Positions 1-11,998 of a stretch of DNA of 35,300 nucleotides are shown piece after piece (positions within the stretch are counted from its first letter, which is position 1; each line of letters opens with the position of its first letter). The stretch comes from Macrostomum lignano (taxonomy: Eukaryota), in contig NIVC01004774.1 of the NCBI GenBank assembly GCA_002269645.1, positions 1-35,300 of the forward strand, in the 5' to 3' direction. Made by a program: the position numbers and the translations under genes. The notes under the pieces are model-generated. The model saw only the letters and a list, made by a program, of their open reading frames with translations. It did no database searches and was not told where the DNA came from.

Positions 1-525
1 AGCCTGACAGTATTGCTACTGGCCAGGAGATTGAGCTGCCGGGCGCAATCACGATGTCACTGAGAGCATTGCGTCAGGTGCCTACAAGCCTCCTGCAATT
101 TTATTATTATATACAGGTGCGTTGGCCTCTTATGACCATAAGCTATTAACTATTGTCATTAGCCTCAAATTAAAGTGGACAAGCGAGTGCGCGAATGGAA
201 CCCAGGTGCACCGTTGAGCTTATTGTGCCTGTTTAATGGCATGCGACAAGCAAAACTCTACAATTGCAGGTTAGCAGGTGCGTGATCAATGCAGCCTAAT
301 AATTATATTTTCCAACTGATTAAAAAGAGGCGAGTCTCGATATTTGTTCTCGGCCACAAAAATCTCAATAAACAAGCCTTTGATTTAGATCTAATAGCCC
401 TTATTTTCGTTATTGAACAACAAGACATCAAAAATTGGCCGATTGAGTGGCAAATAGAGAACGAAATGAACTGAAAAAATGTTGCTGCCTTTTTGAAAAA
501 TACAAAAAGTACAAAGGCAGCGAGC

Positions 526-548
526 GAGAGAGAGAGAGAGAGAGAGAG
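526..548. repeat. (GA)n microsatellite
   Basis: Perfect GA dinucleotide run of about 11.5 units. Confidence 0.95.
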
Positions 549-759
549 GTAAAGAAATAAAATTGACTGGAGGAGGACGTTTCTTCTCAACTGCTTGGGG
601 TTTTGGTTTTTGTTGTCTCTGGGTGACTGGATGCGTACTGGCCCCGGTGATTGGCTGAGGGCCGCGGGTTTCAAGCACAAGTACTGCATGCTTGTCCTTG
701 CTTGAGTGCCTGGGAACCAACTCAGAAAAATACTGGATCCGCCCATTATTATCTATCTT

Positions 760-924
760 CTCTCTATCCCCTCTCTATCCCCTCTCTATTCCCTCTCTAT
801 CCCCTCTCTATCCCCTCTCTATCCCCTCTCTATCTCCTCTCTATCCCTCTCTATCCCCTCTCTATCTCCTCTCTATCCCCTCTCTATCCCCTCTCTATCC
901 CCTCTCTATCCCCTCTCTATCCCC
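760..924. repeat. 11-bp pyrimidine-rich minisatellite (CTCTCTATCCC)n, about 15 copies
   Basis: Direct tandem units with a few shortened variants. It explains the low-complexity ORFs 651-953, 692-964 and 706-978. Confidence 0.95.
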
Positions 925-1006
925 ATTCCATTCCGAGGGGGAAATATCTATAATCATAAGCTAGAATTCATGCTATAAAATCATTTGCTTTCTAGTAGGT
1001 ACAGCA

Positions 1007-1035
1007 GTCACGTGATGACTCAACGGTCACGTGAC
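1007..1035. promoter_or_regulatory. Candidate cis-regulatory cluster: GTCACGTGA, TGACTCA and GTCACGTGAC
   Basis: Two extended E-boxes (USF/MITF-TFE type; 1007-1015 and 1026-1035) flank an AP-1-type TGACTCA (1016-1022), about 700 bp upstream of the GPCR ATG. Motif match only. Confidence 0.3.
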
Positions 1036-1709
1036 GATCGAGAACAGGCTATCAATTAGTTTTAATTCAAGGCCGCCAGCAGGTGCGCCTCAAATTGAGG
1101 CTTTTTACTGCGACTGCAAAGCGAGAGAAGGCTAATCAAGAGGACGAATATAGCTAAATTTATTCACTTCCTGTCCCCCCGCCAAGACTCCAAAGGTAGG
1201 GTAGTCACTATGCCGCAACCAAGGATAACGGAAGCCACTAATCAAGACTGTCCTACATCTATCAATTCAATATAAGAGCTTGATTCTAAGCACGAGGCAG
1301 GCAGAAAAAATAGTTATGGTTAACAGTTGATAGTAAGAGTAAAGGGGAGAAGAGAGACAAGCGAGACAGACTGACTGACAGACAGTTCGAGAGTGAGGTG
1401 ACTGGATGCAGGTGGCAGCCAGGATTGGCTGGCTGGGTGCAAGGCAGATGAGCTTTCCGTTGATGACATTGGCGACTGTTCATTAGCTCCCAGCTAGTCG
1501 CTCTGCATCCCTGTAGCTCCTGTGTTTTGTTCTGCTTTTAGCGTCCCGTCTCTGATGGGGGCTGAGAACCAATAGGATTTGCTTGCAGTCTGTTCGAAAA
1601 CAAACACTAAATAAAATGCAAAGCGGGTTCTCTTCTTGTTTAGTAATCTCCAAATCTTCAATCTTCGAATTAGTATCAACATAGCAATCGAAATAACATT
1701 TGAGTCGTC

Positions 1710-4210
1710 ATGATTCTCACACGCGACGCTTTTAGTATCCAAGTGGTGACGGTAAGTTACTCGTAAATCTTCTGAACTGTCAGTCTTTCTGCACAGGTTT
1801 TCAATGAGAATACCTGCATTACATATTGCATCCGACAGTCCTTCAACGTGTCAATCGAATGGCTGAAGGCTGTGATGCAGCGGCACACTGAGCAGTCGAG
1901 GCGAATCACGGCGAACAACATCGTTCAACTAACTCTGCTATGCATGGTGTTCGTGGCCGGCACAGTGACTAACCTGCACATCTTAGTAACAGTTGCTAGG
2001 CAACCGCGTCTGCGCCGAAAGGTGACCAGCCTGATGCTTAATCAGGCGGCCGCTGGGCTCATCATGACGGTTTACTGCATCCCGGTGAACATGATACGCC
2101 TCATCACCAAGTCCTGGGGTCTGGGCGCCTGGAGCTGCAAAGTGTACATGCTAGCTAATGGTGAGCATTTTCAGCATCTCCTATCTGCTTGTACTTTTAT
2201 TAACTGTCAATCAAAACTGATTGAAAAGAACTTATGCAGGCCAAAGTAAACCAGACGCCAGATGGCACTAACAGCTGGAGTCGCTGTAACATTATATTAT
2301 CTAGATATCTACATCTGTCTGTCAGAATCTACTTCTGACAGACATTGGTGTGACTTTTTTAAGTTAAGGGAATAGTTCTTGCGGCATACAGTGGAGTAAG
2401 GGATTACTTATTCTAGACAGGCTAAGATAAGATGGGATTCACAGTTTCTGTACCCAGTGGCCCCAGTAGGATCATTTCATTACGCGGTCAGTGTCTATAG
2501 TCTGACAAACAAAACTTACCTCGAGCAGTGCCAGTAAAGATAGATAGCTCTCCTTTGACACAGTCGCATCTCTGTTTTACTAATTAGCTCTAATTGACTA
2601 TTAAAATAATCTGACCCATTTTCGTGATTTGCATCCATTTTTACATAGTCTTAAAAAGGATTTTCACGACTCCGTTACGTTGGTCGCTAAATCAGGGGCA
2701 TTAGCAATTTGCCTGATGAAAATAATTATAAAGTAGGACATTTCTCTAGCAGCTGTCTGCTTCGAAAGAGAATTATTTTGGGAACATTACCCTTTAGGAA
2801 CAGGGTTGATTAACATGACGTCCACCCAGACAGTAAAATCACCAAGTGCCTACAAGTGGACCTTTCATTTTGAGTCATTTGAAAATGGGAATTTTCGCTT
2901 CATTCCTCATTCCGTATAAAACTTGTCTATAAATGGGGAAACCTCATCAGTTAGGTTAATTAGTTTTGGGCGCTGCAACAGGTCTCGACCCGCGGCCAGC
3001 TGAGGATGCAATTAGTCATGGCCATTCCAATGTCCCCTGAGCACGCACGCGGCTTCGTACGAAGGCACACGCTAAGACGGATTGTACAGCGGCCCTGACT
3101 TTCTCGTCATCGGACATGTACTCGTTCTGCGTCTTGGGAGTCGGCCTTCACGGTTGTGAATGACACAAAATCAACCAAAGACTGATTTGTATGCGGAATC
3201 GATCCATGCAGGTTACCACTGAGCTGTCCCGTCGTAAAACTCGTCATGCTGCATGATTAGAAAGTACTTAGTGTCATCTATTTCTAGTGAGCTACAAAAA
3301 AAACAACCGCGATCCTTTCATCCCTGCAGCATTCGTTGTGCTACTGAACTCGTGCTCCCTAGTCACCATGGCCGTAGCGCACACTCGCCAGAGCCTTCTG
3401 CGGGCCAGAGCGCGACTCATCTCCGACCGACTGCTGACGGGCCTGCTGCTTGGCAACTGGCTGCTAGCTGGCGTTCTCAGCTCCCCGATGCTGTTTTTCT
3501 ATTCGCTGCGCCGTCAGACAATTGGCGTCACAGTTGTGGAACGCAACGGCACCGAGCAATGGAGTCTGGACCAGTTTGAGACGCCGCTGAGCTACTGCAC
3601 GGAGCAGTGGGTTCTGCAGGACAAGCAGAAGGTTGTGTCCATCTGCATAATGATCTTGCTGATTGTCTGTCCCGGCCTCGTGTTCACCGTCAGCTACGGT
3701 CGTCTGGCTCGACTGATCAGCCGCCGGCCGTCCTGCAGGCGCGACAACAGCAACGGCAGCGGCAGCAACCGATCCGATGCCAGCGCCAGCAACCGAGCAG
3801 CAGCCCTGGCCCTCATCAGCAGCAGCCGCAGCTGTCAGGTGCAGCGGGTAGCTAATAACAATCAACACCAGCCGCTGCCGAAGCCACAACCGCAGCAGGG
3901 TGCTGCTCGTGTAAAGCGTCTCATCATCGTCATGGTTGCGTGCTTCTTCCTCTGCTGGTTCCCGAAGTCGCTGCTGATTGTGCTGATTGACTCGCTGGAC
4001 CTGGCGGGCAGGGAGAGCCTGTCGTCTGGTTTGACAGCCGGGCTGGAGTACGCTCGCATCCTGGTGTACGCGCACCCGGCCGTGTCAGCTGTGCTCTACT
4101 GCAGGATGAGCGTAGCTTTGAGGCGACTGACCGCCAGATCGATCGAACGATGGCGCGGCAGGATTCGCCACTGCCAGTGCTACTGTTTCGGTTACAGCTG
4201 CGGCTATTGA
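1710..4210 (+). CDS. Class A (rhodopsin-like) neuropeptide-receptor-like GPCR with degenerate motifs; exons 1710-1751, 1797-2160, 3330-4210
   Basis: ATG1710 follows an in-frame TGA. A 45-nt intron (GTAAGT...TGCACAG, 1752-1796) contains an in-frame stop. A phase-1 intron (GTGAGC...CCCTGCAG, 2161-3329) joins ...YMLAN-A-FVVLLNSCSL. Seven hydrophobic segments; TM1 GTVTN, C3.25 (WSCK), TM4 W..P, ECL2 Cys, TM5 P/Y, TM6 FFLCWFP, and a TM7 Tyr are present. Exon 1 is less certain. Confidence 0.85.
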
Positions 4211-4275
4211 ACCACCGAGGATCGGACGAACTTTTTGGGGTCAGAGTGAGGCTAAGAATAGTGGGGATGGTATTT

Positions 4276-4430
4276 CGGGACAAGTCCAGACGGAATCTGG
4301 AGACAAGTCGGGACGGAATCTCGAGACAAGTCGGGACGGAATCTCGAGACAAGTCGGGACGGGATCTCTAGACAAGTCGGGACGGGATCTCTAGACAAGT
4401 CGGGACGGGATCTCTAGACAAATCGGGACG
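4276..4430. repeat. 23-bp tandem repeat (AGACAAGTCGGGACGGRATCTCK), about 6.7 copies
   Basis: Direct tandem units starting about 65 bp after the GPCR stop codon. Confidence 0.92.
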
Positions 4431-6235
4431 CGATTAATTTTTTATAGACTGTATTGTATTGTCACAATGCTATTTTGTAACATTCGTTGATTGTGCATTG
4501 GCCTTTCACTTAAAGGCGTCAGGTTAGATCGGGATTCCATTAAGGAAAATTACCCATCTACATCTAGTCTGATCCACGCTGGACCCACGGTGGACCCAGA
4601 CCCAGACTAGAGTAGTCTAGTGGAGTCCACGGGGTACGAGGGGTGTGGGCTGAGGTCTTAGGACTCTGCCATTGAACAAGAGAGGATACGGACGGGGTCC
4701 ACGGGATACAGAGGCGGGGTTTCTTTAAACTAAATTAGAAGCAAATGACTGGCATTCAGAATTCAGTTCAGTCCAGGTCGTGAAGCCATGCTGTTTTTTC
4801 TTTTGGTGGAATCTCCATCTAGCTCGTAGTCCGTCGCAATGCTCTGGACTTTTATTATAGACTAAACGTCTGACACCTCTTGGTTTAAACGTTGTTTCCG
4901 TGTAAATTGCGCTGCTCAGTGTAACAATTTTTTTGCAGTTCGTTTTCTGTCCGCGTCTCTTCTTTCTGTATTTTTAAAATCATAAATCGCAACCGTACAC
5001 TCGTACAGCTTATATGCATTATATGTCTGTAAAGTTTATTTTTTAAGTTCGTGAAATCGCCGAAGGCTCAAGGCAGAAGTTTTCTTCAGTTTTTACAGTG
5101 CTCTTGTCTCCTAGAATTCCAGATGGGAAAAATGAAGCCAATATGAGTTACATGTAACTAAGAACCAGACACAGATGAAGCAGATGAAGCAAAAAATATA
5201 ATAGACTCATTCGATTTTCAATCAAAGGGAGGACAAAAATAGTTAACTCACCCTGTGCAAAACGACTCCCTACTGCAGCATAGCTGGAAGAATCTCAATT
5301 GTGTTTTAAATGCTTTTTTCGACCCAAGCTTTCCCAATTTCATTGCATCTAATAATCTAAGCAAACAACTAACGGTCACGTGTTTCCCACTGGTTGTTTT
5401 ATATCGTGTCCATTAGCTTGATCACGGCTGCTCCTCATCATTGCTTAGACCCCCCCCCCAGCGCAGTAATGCGTCAATCCATCAATGATAATTGTTAGAT
5501 CTCAGCTTGCATGTAAATCATTTTGTTATGCTGCTCTGGGAAGCCTACATTAGCTATTTTGTTTCTAATTGCCCGCATAAACTTCTATGAGAGTGGCAGC
5601 TTGATGCACTAAAATTCGATACAAAAATGCTTAGTCATCTCTCGAAGATTCACAGGTTTGAGTTTCACATCAGAGAGCCAGCGAGTTCCCCCTCCACATG
5701 AGCATATCTGTAGGCAGGTCATGAGACTGCAGAGCTTCATCCTGCACGACACTGCTCCGGATTGTCATGTGATCCCAGTCATTGCATCCTGTTTGACTCT
5801 TGTATCAATTCCTTTGCACTGATATTATTTCTTTGTTTCTGTTGCAAATTGACTTTATTCTGAAAGGAGTAAAAAAGCTTGCGTAAACGCGTTCTGTCAA
5901 TTTTTTTCAAGTCCTGCTTTTTGTGCCCGTTTTGAATAATATACAGCCAGAGGAAAATCTTGAGATAAACAAAAGAACTGATTCGTTGTGGCATCAAACT
6001 AAGGCTGCCTACCTTTTGTCTTGATTTATAAGAAAAGTAACGTATTCAACTGCTCTCGTTGTATTCCAAGCCAACAGACTGCGACTTCAAACCGGAACTT
6101 GGTTGCTAGGAAAATTGCTGAAATTCACCGGCAGGTGAAAATCCCGCCTCATAAATTTGAACAGCGACTGCACAGATCCGGCAGACGATTTCAGAGACAG
6201 AAACAGTAACAGAGAAAAGGACACTAACTACATGT

Positions 6236-8177
6236 ATGGAGGCAACAGCTAAACGAAAGTTGCAGTTTTTGGTGTACTGTTTAAGCCTAGCGCTACTGGG
6301 CCTGTTCGTAACTTGGCGAGTCGTTCGGCATCGAGGCTACGACTGTCACGCTAGTTCGGGATACTCAGAGCTGCAGCATGGAAGCCGAGGTGAGCATCGC
6401 CTGCTGCACTCGCCAACTCCTTGTGACTGGAAGCGACCGCCTCCGCTGGTGGTCGTAGCCATCGTTGCATCCGGCGCTGCAGTCGACGCCGAATCAGCCA
6501 CCGCTGAACGCGCCCGGCACCGCCAGCTGCACGCCTCCGTCCGTCGGCATCGCGGCTTTCAACTACGCTGGATCTTTGTTGGAGCATTCGACAGTGGAAT
6601 TGCATCGCTAGCAGATCGGCAACTGCTGGACGCAGAGGCGAGTAAATACGGAGACATTCTCATGCTTGACGGTCGGTCTTTCCTGGGCTTCTCAGGCACC
6701 CTGGCAGCCATCGAGTGGAGTTTGAGTAGCTGCCGCGGTGCCAGCTTTCTGTTGCGCACTTCGTCCAACTGCGCCGTGAACCCGTTCAGGTTGGTGGAGT
6801 ATCTGGGCGGTCTGAGACTCGGCGACAGTGGTCGAATGTTTCTGGGCTACCTGCCTTACCAGCTGCCTGCTAGGGACGCCAGCGCGCTGCTCTCGGCTGC
6901 TGTTGGTCTGGAGATCCGCGGCCGAATCCGGGGCGACAATCTCGTAGAAGGTCTGTTGCGTTTAGCTCGCATCTGTAGAATCTGTAAGCTTGTCAACTTT
7001 CAAATGCTCGAAATTTGTGTCGTCTAAATCATTCAAGTAGCCAGTGAGCTAGTGGCAGTGACTATCAAGGCTTTTCGACGTTGTGTAAAATTTCGAGCCG
7101 ATGAAAACGTCATGATATAAGTACAATTGGATCAGTTGTTGAGCTTCCCGCAATGCAAGTTTGGGATTCGCTTTTTGTCAGGCCGAGATTTGAAAATCCC
7201 CCTTGTTCGCCGTTTACAGATAAGTTCGCATCGCCCTACTAGGGCATCTGTCTATCTTATAGAGAGAGCATTCGTTTGGATAAGCTGTCAAATAAAGCCT
7301 TTTAAAGCCTTTGAGCAAAAAGGCTTATATCTGCGTAAGTTCATTTATAGATTTCTGTTTTGGCAGTGAAATTATTATCAACTGTATACAGCAGATCCTC
7401 TATCTTCAAAGAGGCTAAAATAGACATTCTTAGTTTCAAAGCTCACGAGGGGAATTGCTGGGATTTCAAGGCTCATGGTGGAATTGCTGAAATACTGTGG
7501 CTCTTGCTTAAAACCTAGATATAGTTACATTTACATGCATTTATCTATTTGTTTGTTTATACTTCTGTTTAAATTTCAGACTAACATGACTTGCTGATTT
7601 TTAACTGTGTTTTAAAGCTCAAATGAGTTGAACTTTTACTTTACAAAGTTCCTCATGCCAGGCGAAAAAGATTTCTGTTCAAAGCATGATTAGCCGGAAG
7701 ACGTAAGGCGAATTACTGCGCTATTATAATAGTGCAATAGTCAAGAGTTAAATCCTAAATTTTCGAGCACTTACTTAATATATACACTCGCTGTACACTC
7801 GTTATTGCTCATCATTAATAAAAAACCCAGGTCCCGGCTACATCATGTCCATGGAAAATGCCGCCCGGATCCGTCTCTTAGCGACCAATAACAAATCGTT
7901 GAGTTGGCTGCGAGGTCGCCGATTTTCGACCGCGCCAGACTGGCTGGAAGTGTCGCTCCTGGCCTCGCTCGCTGGCATCCGGCAGCGGCATAGCGGCCGC
8001 CTCTTCCGGCCGAGATTGCAGCTCAGTCGCGATCTGGACGATGCTAATTCGTGCACCGATTGGCGAGCCATCGTGGTACGCTGGAGTCGTCGACGAGAAC
8101 GTCTGTTGGCACCGATGCTCTGGCAGCACGTGTCAGCGCCGCGCGGTTTTAATCCGCCTTGTAGTCTTGGAAATTAG
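6236..8177 (+). CDS. GT31 / Galactosyl_T (beta-1,3-galactosyltransferase/brainiac-like) type II membrane protein, about 353 aa, likely catalytically dead; exons 6236-6950 and 7831-8177
   Basis: N-terminal TM (LQFLVYCLSLALLGLFVTW), E-x-x-x-YGDIL, and W...C..A.FLLRTSSNCAVNP (canonical KTDDDVFVN). A phase-1 intron 6951-7830 (GTCTGT...CCCAG) restores the family motif G-PGYIMS, followed by LLASLAGIRQRH and a C-terminal Cys/Trp. Combined length is 1062 nt, in frame. Confidence 0.75.
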
Positions 8178-9648
8178 TGGGGGATTTCGTAGGTTAGGGA
8201 TGAGTCGGTGGGAGTAGACCGGTACTGGTAGACAAGGACTGGGATTCGTTGTTAAAGCTTGTTAAAGTTGCTAAAGGTTGGATTTAGAATTGAGGACGTG
8301 ATAGTAAGAGGCTGAGCTTGAATTCTAGCATTATTTTCAGAGGTACTGGACTGGACAAGTTATTGTTTGACTTGACTCAACTAGAAATTGGACTCGAGGA
8401 CAAGATATAGTCGGACTAAACTGCAACTGATGGACAAGATGGACAAGGAGCTGAACTCGGACTAATGAACTGATCTAGGGGCAAAGGACAGCGAATACGC
8501 TCGTATATGGACTGACACTATAATTAGACTCTCCAAATACTCGTACATGCTGCTCATAGCAAAAGCGTCTATAATGAGGACTTAACTTGTCTACTAGCTG
8601 ACAAATGCGATGAAAATACAATTTTTTGAACAGACTCGCTCAAAGAGCGCTGCAGTCTAGACTCAAAATAGCTACCTTTGACTTGAGCTTCAAATTGAAA
8701 AGTATCTAGATCTCAACCCTCAGGTGCCTCTTCTTTTGTTCAACACCAATCTCGCCTGCGTGCTACCCTCCGACAATCTTCGAACAGACAGACTGGCTAC
8801 GTAAAGCCTAGCTAGTCTGTAATTAAAATTTCCCTCCCCGTGCAGGAAATTAATTTATCCACACTTTCTTCTTGTAGACCTCCTCAGGTGGACTGTCTTT
8901 GCTTTCCCCCCAGCTCAACTCTGCGCTACACTCATCCCTTTGCTTGTCCTCGCGCTTGGCAACTGTTGCCTTCGTGTGGGCCTCGATTAATACTATCAAG
9001 CCTTTAACGAGATGACACGAAATTCCCTGAGCAGTTTTGTCCAGGCTTAGGCTAGCAAATCTCCCTCTACCTGGACGAGTCCGAATGTGAGCGTAAATTA
9101 TTAAAGCGTAAATTAAAAGCATTTTTGATTGAGTAAATTTGTTAAACAATCGATAAAAATATGATTTTTAAAAAGTTAGCCATTGACAGTTACTTGGATA
9201 TCGCGATTTAACGAACTGACTCTCTGGAGATTTAGATATGAGCTATAAAACTAAGGAAAATATGCTTCTGAGGCGCATTAATTACGAGTAGATGACATCT
9301 TTTAGTATACTCGTAAGCTTTTTGCTAGTGTGTCTAGGCATAATCTACTCTATTGAGGCTTAGTGCGAAACTTGATTAAACAAATATGATTAGTGATGCA
9401 TTTGTCAAACAGGAGTGCTCAAAGTTTTTTGGTGTCGAAAAATAGTAAAAAATATAGTGGCTATTATACTGGTGCAAGTAGTATAATTTAACAATATTGA
9501 TGGTGCCTGATCGTTTAGAATCAAAGGCTATACTAGTAGAGGTTAAATAGTTTTTGTTTGTTGCAAAAATGTTTTTAGTCTTGAGACGGAACTTCAAGTC
9601 TATCAATTAAAATTAGCCATCGCTATTTCTCCATATCTTTATCAATAG

Positions 9649-10712
9649 CTAGGGCTTCACCGCCAGGGACATTGTGGAGGTAGCTTTGCTAGCCTCTCCG
9701 CCGGCGCTATAATCCCTGATGCCGAATATTTGCTTGACATTCTTCTTGAAGCGCGGATTGGCGTAGACGTAGATGATGAAGTTGCACGAGCCATCCAGTG
9801 AGGAGATCACGTTGCCAACCAGCCCGATCACGATGTACACGGGAGTCGGTATGGTCAACAGAACGTTGAATCCGAACAGAATCATGGGTATCTGGCAGAT
9901 CAGGTACAGCTGCAGGAGCAGCACAATCATTCTGGTCATATCTTTCAGCTGCGAATCGGCGCGACTAGCCCCCCGGAGGAGTTCTCCTTCTGGAACTTGG
10001 CGTTGTGCTTGATAGTGTAGAGCAGGAGAGCGTTAGCCGCCACGGCAATTAAAACGGGTGTGACCGTCTGCAAACCGAAGTTCGTCACCGTGGTGTACGT
10101 CGGGAAAATCTTCGTAGCAACAATAGCCAGACGGTAGAGACCGTCCGGGCATAAGCCGTAAATTGTCGTGACCTCGAGGCAGCGGATTAGCGAAGTGCCC
10201 AGACTAATCACCCAGATTGCCACGATGTAGTACATTGTTCGGCTCTGTGTAAACCAGATGCTGCCCTTCAGAGGCCAGCGAATCTTGACGTAGCGCACAA
10301 CAGACACGAACAGCATCGTCCAGTTATGAATGGTGATGAATGGAGCGCGGAAGCTCCAAGCTATCGGATGCACGTAGATTGGTAGAAAGTAGAAATTTAA
10401 ATCGGCATTAGGAATGGACTCGATAGTGTGACAGAAGTTGTCCAAGGTGTTAGCCAGAACAAAGATTGTGTCAGACAGGCACAGGGTGCGCAGCTGCAGG
10501 GCCAGTGCACTGTCGCTGTCATCCATGCCAAGGGCTACGAAGGAAATGGCGTTGAATAGCAGGGCCATTATGCACACAATTGACTGCAGAATGTCGCAGA
10601 TGATGTAGAACAGGATGAACCACAGCTCGGTCTGGTGGGACCAGCGAGACAGTTCAGCTGTGCAGTTGACCTCCACGGAGAACTGATAGCTGGTCAGATC
10701 CATCTGCACCAT
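9649..10712 (-). CDS. Intronless class A peptide GPCR (FMRFamide-receptor/Srw-like), split by a 1-bp indel in the C6 run at 9969-9974; about 354 aa if repaired
   Basis: ORF 10712-9945 gives TM1-TM5 (LFN, LCLSDT, SVVRY..IRWP, W4.50, P5.50). ORF 9939-9649 gives TM6-TM7 (MTRM...YLICQIP, DGSCNFIIY, NPRF). One extra G on the minus strand joins them as NSSGGASRADSQLKDMTRM. Either an assembly error or a young pseudogene. Confidence 0.85.
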
Positions 10713-11717
10713 GTTGGTACCGAATTTAGAAGGCGCTTAAGACTGAAAGTTACAAAACGTAGTGTAGCTTGAATTTCGATCTTGAATAGTTGTTCAGCCT
10801 CAGGTTTTATGCATGCAGTATTTATAATTGATTTTCTGCAGTAGCTACAATCGCATAGTGTGCTACCTGATCTCGTGTTGTTTGTCTGGCGTGCCTAAGT
10901 TGCATGGGAAAATTTGCAAGGTTTTCGCTCTTGTGATTATTTAATCCATATCTGGGGCCGCGCACCTGGTTGTTTGCTGGGTGGGCAGGTCAAATGTTTT
11001 GTTTGGCTAAGGAACAAACCTCTGCGTATCCGGCAGGCGTTTAAGCAAACAGTTCTATGCATACACTCTAGCACGTACTTCGTCGTATAGTAGGGAATTT
11101 AATAGTGAACAAAAAAACTTCTCACGTGATGTTTTTGTCCTTAGAGATGCGGTGCGAACTCGTGCTGGTACAATGCCTTTTAGTGAGCGATTTCTTCAGC
11201 TGGACCACATGCAGCCAGCAAGTCTTCTCCGACTGGCAGACCTGTAAAACTCGACAGAATTAATTCCTTTGTTTAAATACGCAAGCTCATGCGGATTAAT
11301 CGATTAAGAAAATTCATTTTGATGGAAAGTGTATTGGGCTTTTTAAATAAACTTGGAAAACCTGTCGCTGTTCTTGATGTATCCGGTCGGTTAATGAGTT
11401 CAATTATTTCTGAACAGGCAACACCCAAGCCTTTGGCAGAGTTTCTCGATTAGCAGTATTATTTTCTTGCGAGTTGTGCCTGTGAACTTAACTGAACAGT
11501 TCTTTTTCTTGAATCCGAGCTAGCAAGTTTGAAAAGACAACGCCCACAGCCTGGGGTCCTAATTATTAGTTATTTTTTGTCTTCGATTTAAACGAACCCC
11601 TCCTGGGAAGAGAAAAAAGCTGAAATGCTGAATCGATCAGCATCATTCGCCAGATGCCAACCTGCAGGAAAACCTGCTTAAAGAGGTTCCCAACATATGG
11701 CGTCCATCCAAAGAAGT

Positions 11718-11998
11718 GGAACAATGTCCTCGATGCTGTTGTGTGCCAATGTCCTCGATGCTGTTGTGGGACAATGTCCTCGATGCTGTTGTGGGACAAT
11801 GTCCTCGATGCTGTTGTGGGACAATGTCCTCGATGCTGTTGTGGGACAATGTCCTCGATGCTGTTGTGGGACAATGTCCTCGATGCTGTTGTGGGACAAT
11901 GTCCCCGATGCTGTTGTGGGACAATGTCCTCGATGCTGTTGTGGGACAATGTCCTCGATGCTGTTGTGGGACAATATCCTCGATGCTGTTGTAGAACA
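11718..11998. repeat. 25-bp minisatellite (GGGACAATGTCCTCGATGCTGTTGT)n, about 11 copies
   Basis: Near-perfect tandem units without spacers. It accounts for six overlapping spurious ORFs. Confidence 0.95.

Noticed and set aside
303-746. Minus-strand ORFs 303-746 and 391-720
   Set aside because: They run through a (GA)n microsatellite and have no recognisable domain. A small exon here cannot be excluded but is unsupported.
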